Below are positions 9,988-19,718 of a stretch of DNA of 64,000 bases, piece by piece. Made by a program: the position numbers and the translations under genes. The stretch's first letter is position 1, and each line of letters begins with the position of its first letter. The notes beneath the pieces were generated by a model. It was given only the letters and a program-made list of their open reading frames with translations. It had not been told where the DNA came from and searched no databases. The stretch lies in the IMG/VR virus record IMGVR_UViG_3300023208_000003, positions 133,100 to 197,099 of that record. One strand, written 5' to 3'. The DNA comes from a virus.

Positions 9988-10627
9988 GCAATTTTTAGCT
10001 GATGAAGAAGTCGACAGTTGCTTTTTAACATTTGTAATGCAATTCAGCAAGCTTTATAATTCGCCTGAAGACTCAGAAGCGGAACGAATTGTTAGAGAAG
10101 CGTTTGAGCCTGTTTTTTCAAAGTATCACATTGAAAAAATGATTCCTTCTAAAGTAAACAAGCTTGGCGGCTTTTATTCTATAGTGCTTGTGATAGCTGA
10201 AGGGGCTCATTTAAATGTAAAAGATTTAGTTAATGAATTGACATTGTTGTATAAAGAAAAAATTGGTTCATATTCAGTTTTTGAACCTAACCCCTGGGCC
10301 GCTAGTTTGTATGTTAATCTTCCAACGTCATCAGTGTTTGATTGTGATTTTGAAGCTTTTATTACTCGTGTTAATAATAAAACTGCTAAAAATATTCACA
10401 AAACACTTTTGAATCTTGAACATCTAATGTTTCAAGATTCACTTTTTAATGGTCCGGTACTTGGAACGATGTTAATGCCGCATCTTAAAAGCGTTGGTCT
10501 TGAATTTCATTTAGAGCCGCCTGATTGGATCAAAATAATTAATGCGCAGCTTAAAGGCGATCGTGATTTGCTTGAGTGCAAGACACAACTAATTGAGGCT
10601 GGCTACGCTGAAATGGCTAAAATTTAA
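9974..10627 (+). CDS. Paralog family copy 11
   Basis: Start MRSFKQFLADEE; ends ECKTQLIEAGYAEMAKI. Confidence 0.8.
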   Translation: MRSFKQFLADEEVDSCFLTFVMQFSKLYNSPEDSEAERIVREAFEPVFSKYHIEKMIPSKVNKLGGFYSIVLVIAEGAHLNVKDLVNELTLLYKEKIGSYSVFEPNPWAASLYVNLPTSSVFDCDFEAFITRVNNKTAKNIHKTLLNLEHLMFQDSLFNGPVLGTMLMPHLKSVGLEFHLEPPDWIKIINAQLKGDRDLLECKTQLIEAGYAEMAKI

Positions 10628-10704
10628 GCAAGTAATATTTATTCAATCTCAATAAAATCTCAAAATCATCAACCTTTAGAAATAAGCAAAAAATTAAAGT
10701 AGCT

Positions 10705-10712
10705 GATAAATA
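10705..10712 (+). promoter_or_regulatory. Probable T4-type late promoter variant (GATAAATA)
   Basis: One mismatch to TATAAATA, directly upstream of the tail tube gene. Confidence 0.5.
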
Positions 10713-10753
10713 GCTTTAACACTTTACTTACGTGTTTAAAGGAGAAAAAATTT

Positions 10754-11344
10754 ATGGCTACTCTCTCACAGATTGGCATTCCAGCTTCTGGAAATGGTAT
10801 TTTAGCACCAAAAATTAAGAATCGCTTTCAAGTTCGCTTTGTTGGTATTGCAAGGGCACTTGGTGGAAATGGACGTGACTTAACCGCGCAGGTAACCACA
10901 TTTACCCGCCCACAACTTGATTTTGAAGAAATTGAATTAAACCGCTACAACAGCCGCGCGTATGTTGCTGGTAAGCATACTTGGTCTGAAACAACTCTTA
11001 CTGTTGAGGATGACATTACAGGTCGTGCAGCGTATGTTGTTCAAGGTCAGCTTGAAACTCAGCAGCGCTTGATTGGCGCAGACTCAACTAATGGTCAGTG
11101 GTTGAACGCAACCCCAACGGCTTCTGGTTACAAGTTTGCAACCAAGGTTGAACAGCTTGACGGTAATGAGTTCCCTGTTGAAACTTGGATTATTGAGGGC
11201 TGTTGGATCAAGTCAGTTGACTGGGGTGATCTTGATTATCAAGCATCTGAAGCAAATACGATTCAGCTTACTATTCGTTACGACCATGCACGTCAAGAAC
11301 TTACAGGTCAGGGTTATGGAACGGCCATTGGAGGCACGTTATAA
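10754..11344 (+). CDS. Tail tube protein (gp19-like)
   Basis: APKIKNRFQVRF, TLTVEDD, ETWIIEGCWIKSVDWGDLDY, IQLTIRYDHA pattern of jumbo T4-like tube proteins; strong SD (AAGGAG). Confidence 0.8.
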   Translation: MATLSQIGIPASGNGILAPKIKNRFQVRFVGIARALGGNGRDLTAQVTTFTRPQLDFEEIELNRYNSRAYVAGKHTWSETTLTVEDDITGRAAYVVQGQLETQQRLIGADSTNGQWLNATPTASGYKFATKVEQLDGNEFPVETWIIEGCWIKSVDWGDLDYQASEANTIQLTIRYDHARQELTGQGYGTAIGGTL

Positions 11345-12873
11345 GTCCAACCATAAACATCCTGTCCGCAATCATAAACGCGGTACGCTTTTACAGCTAC
11401 CGCGTTTTCTTCTTCTGATAAATTTTTATTGTATTGAATATCAAAATTTTTATTAAAGTTTTTTTCTTGAAATGCAATTCGTGATATTCTAAGTAATTGT
11501 CCTTCTTTATAATAAGAGTACCCTATTTTTGATGTACGTAAATAGGTAAAACCGATTTTTTCATAAAAAGAACTAATAAAGCCCCACGTTTTATCTCTAT
11601 ATGTTATTATAGATTGAGGATTAAGATTTTTTTTAAAAAACGCCAGTAATTTACCGGCACCACCAATCACATTTCCATTTGAACAATATCTTAGTAATTC
11701 CCATTCATAAGATTTATCATATCGTGGTTTTCCAAAAGTCATAACAGCGATAAGATTTTCATTATTAAATAAGCCCAAATTTATTTTTGCTGGAATAAAA
11801 CCTTGTATATGATGTTGTTCTAAAAAATCTTTAGACGTTTTTATTATTTTTACTGTGCAATTTCGCGCAAACATTCTATTTGATTTATCTAATAGACTTT
11901 TTATTCTATTTTTACAAATTTCATTTTTTGAAATCCAGTCATCTTCAAAAATATGAAATAGTTGAATATAATTTTCATTACATAAAAACGATTTATTGAA
12001 ATGATATGCAGGGTCAATTCCTTTTTTTGTTGAATGCCAATACAGCCCATTAAATTCAAATGCTATATTTTTTTTCGGTAAAAATATATCTAATTGGTAT
12101 GGTTTTATAATCTGTTTTGAATCAATTATGATTTCATCATCGAACTGTTTTATCCATTCACAAATTTCATTTTGTAGTTTTGTTTTAGGATTAGAATAAC
12201 AAGTTGGACAAGTTGGAATATTATTTGCTGATAATCTAGATATTTTAAAAGTCGTCTGACAGTCTTTGTGCTTAATTAGATTTATACGACCATTTTCAAA
12301 CGTTTTTATTATTTCAAAGTTGAAAATTTTTAATTTTTCTATTATTTCATTTAATCGTTTTTGATATCTATTAGTGTAAAATTGCTTTGATTGAAAAATT
12401 GTAGGAGCACCGTATTTGGTCATACAGGTTTGACGTTTTTTAAATTCTGCTTCTACTTTATCTCTGCTATTTGCTGCCTCTTTCATTTTTTGTTTTTGCT
12501 CTAAGGTCCTTTTGCTACCTAAATTTTTATTAGGTGTATTTTTTTCCTTGATTGTCAATAGTCTCTTTTTTGTACATTCAGGATCTTTCATTTGACAGGA
12601 CACGGAGCAATATGTGCCAACATATCCTAATTTAAAAACACTAAATGTTAAATAACCAGTTTGACAAATTTTACATTTAGGAGGTTCAATAACATTATTC
12701 AAAATTCTAAAAATTTTTTCACTTAACGAGCGCGATTTAAACGTAAAACTTTCTTCAATTATTTCAACATATTCAGCTATTTCCACGTTTTTAGGATTTT
12801 TTAGAATTGCTGCAGCATTTTTGTTGAGATTACCGTTTTTTAAGACAATTAATTGTTTTAATTTTTCTAACAT
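11314..12873 (-). mobile_element. Free-standing homing endonuclease-like gene (Hef/Vsr-type PD-(D/E)xK)
   Basis: Antisense, very AT-rich, Cys clusters, LDIFLPKKNIAFEFNGLYWHS motif; overlaps the tube gene 3' end. Confidence 0.7.
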
Positions 12874-12967
12874 AGAATTACTTTAAAATCAAAATAAATA
12901 TATTTTATCAACATTTCATTTGGTTGTACATTGAAATAAATAGATCATATTATTTTAGGAGAATTTT

Positions 12968-14212
12968 ATGTCTCTAGATTTTTCAGGAATTGTAGGTGGT
13001 ACCGGTATTGATCTTGAACGAACAGCAGCTGCTGTTTTTGGTCAAGCGGTTGATATTTACGCTAATCAGCAAATAAATCGAATTTTTAGCGGGCCGACGT
13101 CTGGTGAAATAACGTCACATTCTAGACCACCATATGGATTATGGGATCCAGCTTCTTACGCTGAGGATCTTGTTGCGTTTCAACCAAAACACCGCTTTCT
13201 TTTTAAGGTGATGTTTGATGTTGAACCTCAGTATCTAAATCTTTTTAAGAACCATTCTGGACAATCAGCTTTCCAATATATGGTTAAATCTATTCAACGT
13301 CCTACAATAACGTATGAATATGAAGACGTTAACTTTTACAACTTTCGTACAAAGTTTTTAAAGTCAATAAAGCACGGTGAACTTCAGTTAACATTAATTG
13401 ACGATATTCAAAATACGCTTCACGTATTTTTAGGTGAATATATTAGAGCGTTTTCTCCAATCAATCGTTCGGCCGCCCCCGCTAGTCCAATAATGTATGA
13501 TACTGCTGGTTTTAACTTCACGGATCCTGCAGGCGTCGGGCAAGTAGATTCATCAGTACGCGGCGTATTAAAGAAAGCTAATTCTGATAATTCAATTAAC
13601 CCACTCAAGTCAATAAAGATTATTCAGTTCTTTGGTCACGCAGCATGGTATAATACATTTACGCTAATTAATCCACGCGTTACATCAATCAATTATGATG
13701 ACGCATCTCATGAAGGTGGCGATCCTGGAAATCACGTAACTCTTAACTTTGATTATGACGCGCTCTATCTTGATCAAACTGTTGACTTTATCGGAGCTCC
13801 TCCGTACCCAGCCCCAAAGTCAGACATTTACGGATCAATAAATGATAGAACAATAAAAGCAGCATCGTTTAATGATAGCTTTGATCCAGCCACTGGCAGA
13901 CAAACAAGCGGTTTTGGTGTTGCACAAAGTGTTTTAGGTACTTTGCTTGGAAACGTTGGCTCAAGAATAGCGTCAAATGCAATTCAGCGAGTTACTCAAG
14001 GAGTGCTTGGGTCAAGCAATCCAATGATTGCAGGTGTGCTTGGAAATCTTGGTTATGGTGTTTCAAGTCAAGTAGGTGATATGGCTCGCCGAACAATCGG
14101 TAATACAGTGAACGGCGTTAGTCCTGGATTTATAGCGCCAAATCGTCCAGCTGTTATTGACAATAGTTCAATCAATCAAACAACTACACAACGTTACAAT
14201 AATTTATTCTAA
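12968..14212 (+). CDS. Tail tube-like baseplate protein (gp54/gp19 fold)
   Basis: PKHRFLFKV...VKSIQRPTI...NFYN...LTLIDD parallels the tube protein; structural-gene context. Confidence 0.55.
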   Translation: MSLDFSGIVGGTGIDLERTAAAVFGQAVDIYANQQINRIFSGPTSGEITSHSRPPYGLWDPASYAEDLVAFQPKHRFLFKVMFDVEPQYLNLFKNHSGQSAFQYMVKSIQRPTITYEYEDVNFYNFRTKFLKSIKHGELQLTLIDDIQNTLHVFLGEYIRAFSPINRSAAPASPIMYDTAGFNFTDPAGVGQVDSSVRGVLKKANSDNSINPLKSIKIIQFFGHAAWYNTFTLINPRVTSINYDDASHEGGDPGNHVTLNFDYDALYLDQTVDFIGAPPYPAPKSDIYGSINDRTIKAASFNDSFDPATGRQTSGFGVAQSVLGTLLGNVGSRIASNAIQRVTQGVLGSSNPMIAGVLGNLGYGVSSQVGDMARRTIGNTVNGVSPGFIAPNRPAVIDNSSINQTTTQRYNNLF

Positions 14213-14682
14213 TGAGCACAAAAACTACAATTCTTCCGTTAGAGCAAACCTTTAATATTGAAGCTGGCTCAACGCGCGCTTTACAAAACGTTTTAGAAGA
14301 AGATGATCAGATGATGGCGATATCACAAGCGACTGCAAATGAAGTCGCTCCTTATCAGGACGATGCTGAAGATAAAGAAATTGCAGAGCAAATTAAAACA
14401 ATTTATGACGCTGCAATGGACGCCTTCGATAACCAAACACAACTTGTTGAAGTTGTTGAGCCACGATACGCCGCCCGACTTGGTGAAATCGCTAATCAAA
14501 GTTTAAATACGGCTTTAAATGCAGTTGCTCTTCGTTCTAAAAATAAGAATGAAAAGCGAAAAACTGCAGCATTTGTGCCTTTTGCTAATCAAAGCAATCA
14601 AACTAACATTGTAATGGCAAGTCGAAATGATTTGCTTAAAATGATTAAGGACAGAAAGGAAGTAATAATCGATGCAGAATAA
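14212..14682 (+). CDS. terS: Terminase small subunit (probable)
   Basis: Helical protein with VEPRYAARLGEIA motif; lies upstream of the large subunit. Confidence 0.6.
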   Translation: MSTKTTILPLEQTFNIEAGSTRALQNVLEEDDQMMAISQATANEVAPYQDDAEDKEIAEQIKTIYDAAMDAFDNQTQLVEVVEPRYAARLGEIANQSLNTALNAVALRSKNKNEKRKTAAFVPFANQSNQTNIVMASRNDLLKMIKDRKEVIIDAE

Positions 14683-15328
14683 ATCGTTAAAGCAATTTCT
14701 ATGTGAAGATGAAAATTTAACTCTTGAGAGGGGTGTTGAAGTTTTGCAAATGCTTTTTGGTGATCAATTTGTTATTGACGGTGATAGAGTCAACTCTACT
14801 CAAAGTTTATCATTGAATTTTTCACATAAACGCTGGTTCAAAGGAACACACATGCCTGTAAAATTTGGCAAAATTCAAGGTAATTTTAATGTAACAAATA
14901 TGGATTTTAATTACAATAAAGAACTACCAATTTACGTTAAAGGAAATTGTTATCTCACTAGTAATGGATTTAAAACCATTGAGCATTTTCCTGAGTATAT
15001 AGGCGCAATTCTTTCAATTTACGATAATCCAGAAATAAAAACGTATTCTAACATTCACAAACACGTAAAATATTGTGGAAAGGGAATAGTAATTGATCCT
15101 CTTCACTGCCCATATCTTGGTTTTCTTTTAGTTAAAGATAACTTATCAATTTTTAACATCAAATCATATTTAACTTTTGATATTTCAGTAGTAATGGGCG
15201 ACCCTCATAATGAAGAAGCTTTTCAAGCAAAGCAAATCATTAACGATTACAAAGTTAAAAACGGCGATTTACTTGATTGCAAAGCTGAATTAATAGAACA
15301 AGGACTTACAGAGTTTGCGAAAATATAA
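14672..15328 (+). CDS. Paralog family copy 12, between terS and terL
   Basis: Start MQNKSLKQFLCE; ends DCKAELIEQGLTEFAKI. Confidence 0.8.
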   Translation: MQNKSLKQFLCEDENLTLERGVEVLQMLFGDQFVIDGDRVNSTQSLSLNFSHKRWFKGTHMPVKFGKIQGNFNVTNMDFNYNKELPIYVKGNCYLTSNGFKTIEHFPEYIGAILSIYDNPEIKTYSNIHKHVKYCGKGIVIDPLHCPYLGFLLVKDNLSIFNIKSYLTFDISVVMGDPHNEEAFQAKQIINDYKVKNGDLLDCKAELIEQGLTEFAKI

Positions 15329-15393
15329 TATCTATCGATAATCTTATTCAGATTAGCCCATAAATAAATGAAAGTACCAATCTTTCATATTTT

Positions 15394-16257
15394 ATGGCAA
15401 ACATATACATCAAAAGAGCTTTCGCAGAAAGTGAATATACGTACAATGAAGTTCTTGAACTCGAACGTTGTACAAATGATCCAATCTACTTCATAGAAAA
15501 ATACGTAAAGGTTCAGCACCCAACACGAGGACCTGTCCCATTTATTCTGTATGACTACCAGAGACACATGATCGATGTCATACATAACAATAAAGACTCG
15601 ATTATCTTGTGTTCCAGACAGCTTGGTAAGACCACGGTAGTAGCAATCTATCTACTTTGGTTAACCACATTTTTTGAGGACAAGCTTGCTATTATTGCAT
15701 CAAAGGCAAACAGTCACGCGATTGAAATTATGTCTCGCATTAAGTTTGCTTATGAGGAACTTCCGCACTGGTTAAAAGCAGGTTGCAAATATTACAATCG
15801 TCACAGCATTGAATTTGATAACGGCTCAATCATAAAGTCAGAAGCAACAACTGAAAAAACAGGTCGAGGCAGTTCGCCATCAATTTTGTTCCTTGACGAA
15901 ATTGCATTTATTTCTCATAAAATTCAGGAAGAGCTTTGGGCGTCATTAACACCATCTCTTTCTACTGGTGGTAAATTTATTCTCACCTCAACACCAAACG
16001 GAGACTCTGATCTTTACGCGACTCTCTGGCGCGGCGCAATGGCTGGTACAAACAATTTTAAGCCGTTTAAAGCGCTATTTCACCAGCACCCTGAGCGTGG
16101 TCCAGAATCTGGTTACTATGAAGAAATGAAAGGTAAGCTTGGTGAGATTAAGACTCGACAGGAATTAGACTGTTGCATTGGTGAAACTGAAGTAACAGTT
16201 GAAAATAAAAATAAAATACAAAATATTTCAATAGAAAAATTATTTGAACTTTTATGA
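15394..16257 (+). CDS. terL: Terminase large subunit N-half (ATPase) fused to a 28-aa split-intein N fragment
   Basis: gp17 motifs (DPIYFIEKY, SRQLGKTT, LFLDEIAF, TSTPNG), then RQELD|CCIGETEVTV...LFELL*. Confidence 0.92.
   Translation: MANIYIKRAFAESEYTYNEVLELERCTNDPIYFIEKYVKVQHPTRGPVPFILYDYQRHMIDVIHNNKDSIILCSRQLGKTTVVAIYLLWLTTFFEDKLAIIASKANSHAIEIMSRIKFAYEELPHWLKAGCKYYNRHSIEFDNGSIIKSEATTEKTGRGSSPSILFLDEIAFISHKIQEELWASLTPSLSTGGKFILTSTPNGDSDLYATLWRGAMAGTNNFKPFKALFHQHPERGPESGYYEEMKGKLGEIKTRQELDCCIGETEVTVENKNKIQNISIEKLFELL
16171..16254 (+). mobile_element. Split intein N fragment (IntN, 28 aa)
   Basis: Block A pattern C-x-x-G-E-T-x-V, followed by a stop after 28 codons. Confidence 0.85.
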
Positions 16258-16868
16258 CAAACATAAATCATAGACAAATTTGGCAAAATAATTTCGGTTC
16301 AATACCAATTGATGAATATGGCAGAAGCTATGAAATTCATCATATAAATGGCAATCATTTTGATAATTCAATTGAAAATTTAAAATGCGTTTCAATTGAT
16401 GAACATTTTCAAATTCATTTAAGTCAAGGAGATTTTGGTGCGTGTTTTTTAATTGCTCGCAGAATGGGATTATCATCTGAAGAATTAAGCAATTTGCAAA
16501 AAGGAAATAAATTATCTGAAATTACAAAAGCTAAAATTTCAATAGCGCATAAAAGGGGACATTTTGAAGGTAAAATTAAATCATGGAATGAAGGATTTAA
16601 AGGGTATAAATTGAAGCTAAAAATTCAACGAAAAGGAAAACGTTTTTCTTCAAAAATATCAGAAGAAGATGTTATCAAAATTAAAAATGATTTTATTGAA
16701 TGGAAAAAAACTCAGCCTAACAAATTACCATTTAAACTTTCACATGAAAAAGCTTTTGCACGTTTAATAAAACCAAAATTCCCGTTATTAAAAACAGACG
16801 TAACTATAGTTAATATTCTTAAAGGCAAATCATGGAAACCAGAGATTTTGAATATAAACCCAATTTAA
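16254..16868 (+). mobile_element. Free-standing HNH homing endonuclease between the terL halves
   Basis: YEIHHINGNHFDNSIENL...EHFQIH; overlaps both flanking ORFs. Confidence 0.85.
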
Positions 16869-17929
16869 AAAAGTTAAAAATTAAAACCTTATTTGGAATG
16901 AAATCATTTGATGGAATAAGAAAAATACTTAAAAAAGGTTTAATTGAAATTCAGACACACCATTTTAATTTAAAATGTTCATTGACCCATAAAGTTTTAA
17001 CTGAACGAAATTGGATTTCTGCAGATGAATTACAGGTTGGTGAAAAAATTGAAACTATTAATGGTGAAGAAGAAATTATTTCAATTTCAATAGATCATGA
17101 AAAAGAAGAAACTTTTTATGATTTAGTAAATGTTGAAGGTGGAAATACATATCTAACCAATGGAATTGTTTCACATAATTGTGAGTTCTTATCATCTGAT
17201 GCACTATTAATTAATACTTTGCGCCTTATTGAGTTAAAAGCTTCCCTACCAATCTCTGAAGAACTCGGATTTAAATACTGGAAACCGATTGGAGGTCGCG
17301 GAAAAGTTTATCTGATGAGCGTGGATATAGCAACCGGAAACGGTAATGATTTCTCAGTTATTGATGTGTTTGAATTTCCATCTCTTGAACAAGTGGTTCA
17401 ATGGCGCTCAAACGTTATGAACATTCCGATGCTTTACCAAGCAATAAAATACATGCTTTCAATGTTGACAAGACAAGATTCACACGGATTTAGACCTGAT
17501 GTTTTTTGGACATTTGAACGTAATGGAGTTGGTGAAGCAATCAAAGCGCTCCTTTTCAATGATGAAAAACCAAATGAATTTGCTGAACTTGTAAGCGATA
17601 AGCCAGATGAAATGGGAATGAACACGTCTGGTAAGACAAAAATTCTTGCATGCCTTCACGTAAAGCAACTTGTTGAAAAACAAAAAGATGGATTAAAGCT
17701 AAATTCAGATAAAACAATTTTTGAGCTTCAAAATTTTGTTGCTTCTGGCGGTTCCTACGCAGCAAAGAAGGGAGCAACAGACGATACTGTTTCATCTCTT
17801 CTTTTGATATCTAGACTGTTAAAGCAAATCTGTATGTACGATGACCGCGCAATTGATATTCTTTACGATTATTCTAACCAATTTGATGACACACAAACAG
17901 AAGCACCTATGCCTATTTTAATCGTGTAA
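16832..17929 (+). CDS. terL: Split-intein C fragment (116 aa) fused to terminase large subunit C-half (nuclease)
   Basis: Block B (SLTH), F/G (FYDLVNV...NGIVSHN|CEFLSS); then VDIATGNGNDFSV, FERNGVG, HDD-like TDDTVSS nuclease motifs. Confidence 0.92.
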   Translation: METRDFEYKPNLKKLKIKTLFGMKSFDGIRKILKKGLIEIQTHHFNLKCSLTHKVLTERNWISADELQVGEKIETINGEEEIISISIDHEKEETFYDLVNVEGGNTYLTNGIVSHNCEFLSSDALLINTLRLIELKASLPISEELGFKYWKPIGGRGKVYLMSVDIATGNGNDFSVIDVFEFPSLEQVVQWRSNVMNIPMLYQAIKYMLSMLTRQDSHGFRPDVFWTFERNGVGEAIKALLFNDEKPNEFAELVSDKPDEMGMNTSGKTKILACLHVKQLVEKQKDGLKLNSDKTIFELQNFVASGGSYAAKKGATDDTVSSLLLISRLLKQICMYDDRAIDILYDYSNQFDDTQTEAPMPILIV

Positions 17930-17977
17930 TAATATTGAAACAATTTGGTGATATGATAAACTTTTTGAGGTAGGCTT

Positions 17978-18745
17978 ATGTTACGCGTAAAAACTTGTTG
18001 GATTTCAGATCTTCATCTTGGTAGTACTCAGTGTCAAGCTGATAAACTCCTTGAGTTTCTTAAAGTGCTTGATGCTCAAAAGCTTTACTTAGTCGGTGAT
18101 ATTATTGATTTTTGGGCTCTTTCAAGAAAATCATTTTGGCCAACTGATCACAATACAGTGGTTCAAAAAATACTTCGAATGGCGCGGCATGGTGTTGAAG
18201 TCATTTATATTCCAGGTAATCATGACTCTCCAGTACGTGATTTAGCTGATATGACATTTGGAAATGTACAAGTTAAGCTAGAAGATATTCATGAGCTAAA
18301 AAATGGTAAAAAGTTTTTAGTTACTCATGGCGACCAATTTGATACAATATCAAAGCATTATGGTTGGCTTTCAAAATTCGGCGCCATAGGCTATGACATT
18401 TTGCTTCAGCTAAATCGTTTTACACGATTAATTCAAAAGCTTTTTAACATTGAATCTCACTTTTCACTGTCTTCATTTATAAAGTACAAAGTTAAGAACA
18501 TTGTAAAATTTATAAGTGATTATGAGAATGAAATTTGTGAAATTTTAAAGAATGAAGAACTAGATGGAATAATTTGCGGGCATATTCATCATCCTGAGCT
18601 AATAAAAAATAATGATTTCATTTACTTGAACTGCGGTGATTGGGTAGAAAGCTTAACAGCAATTATTGAAACTTATGAAAATGAATTAATTTTAATTAAA
18701 AAAATTGAAAATGACATTATTGAAATTAAAAAATTATCCATCTAA
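17978..18745 (+). CDS. plcP: PlcP-like phospholipase C (LpxH2-family metallophosphoesterase)
   Basis: ISDLHLG, VGDIID, WP..HNTVVQKILR, PGNHD, HGDQFD, CGHIHH, NCGDWVES; next to an Agt-like GT4. Confidence 0.8.
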   Translation: MLRVKTCWISDLHLGSTQCQADKLLEFLKVLDAQKLYLVGDIIDFWALSRKSFWPTDHNTVVQKILRMARHGVEVIYIPGNHDSPVRDLADMTFGNVQVKLEDIHELKNGKKFLVTHGDQFDTISKHYGWLSKFGAIGYDILLQLNRFTRLIQKLFNIESHFSLSSFIKYKVKNIVKFISDYENEICEILKNEELDGIICGHIHHPELIKNNDFIYLNCGDWVESLTAIIETYENELILIKKIENDIIEIKKLSI

Positions 18746-19670
18746 ATAAAAATCCAAGATTTTTAGTGGCCGTTTCTTTTAAAAATGATATTTTTTGATC
18801 AATTTTAAACGTATATTGACTTTTTACTTCAATAATAGTATTAATTTTTGGAATAAAAAAGTCAGGATAATATCGCTTAATTTTGTTATCATATTCATAG
18901 ATAATTTTGGGCATATCTTTTTTAGAAAAAAGAATTTCTTCTTCATTAAATCCTTCATCTAATAACAAAGAAAATGCCTTTGGCTCAAATCCTTGTAATA
19001 AAATTACTTTACCGGATGGTAAAGTAAATTCATGTTTCTTTTTAAATCTGTTATTACAACAAATTTCTGCTACTGATGGAATATGTGCTGGATAAAATAC
19101 ATCATATTTTTCATTTAAAACTTGTTGTAAATAATTTTGATCAAAATTATGTGGACGTTTATATTTTTGCATCATTGTTTGAGCTTTTTTAAATTTTATG
19201 CTGTCTAATTTACTAATATTATCCACTCCATATCTTTTAATTAAGGTAAATTTACATTTTTGTTTAACATCTTTACGTTGAAAGACATTAGTAATTCCAT
19301 ATTTTTCTAAAAGACTTTTTTCTAAATTTTGCTTTATAAGCTGTTTTCCTTCATTGCTTGATGCTTCTCTTTTAGAATGAAATAATGCATATCCATATTG
19401 TAATCCAGGAAAATCAATTTCCCGTCGAGTTGCCGGGCCACGCCGCCACATACATTCAAGTCCGCTAATTGGACATATTGGAACATTTACGTGACCTAAT
19501 AACAAGTGATATATTTTACGTTGAAAATTCCATTCATTTGGAATTTTCAACGTTTTAAAAGCATTTTCGATTTCAAAAAACCAACTTTCTTTTTGAATAA
19601 AAAATAGATTTCTTCGTTTTCTTTTTGGATTTGATAAATATTCAAGAATTTTACTTTGTATAATAATCAT
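18726..19670 (-). mobile_element. Putative homing endonuclease (PD-(D/E)xK C-terminus)
   Basis: Antisense and AT-rich; KYG..N repeats; RYYPDFFIP..NTIIEVKS. Confidence 0.65.
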
Positions 19671-19718
19671 GTTAATATCTCCACTATTAGCATAATAAAC
19701 TATTTATAGGAAAAAATA

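Noticed and set aside
1821-15328. Paralog array as a diversity-generating retroelement or CRISPR-like repeat array
   Set aside because: The repeats are protein-coding tails with synonymous variation. No reverse transcriptase, no adenine-specific TR/VR pair and no repeat-spacer periodicity is visible.
15394-17929. terL as a frameshifted pseudogene or group I intron-split gene
   Set aside because: Both halves carry complementary intein blocks at the exact junction. The HNH ORF overlaps both, leaving no room for an intron core.
17930-17977. Pho box upstream of plcP
   Set aside because: No CTGTCAT-like direct repeats are seen, so PhoB control is not supported.
17978-18745. Annotation as lipid A enzyme LpxH
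   Set aside because: It has GNHD rather than the GNRD of LpxH, and its neighbour is an Agt-like GT4, as for PlcP.
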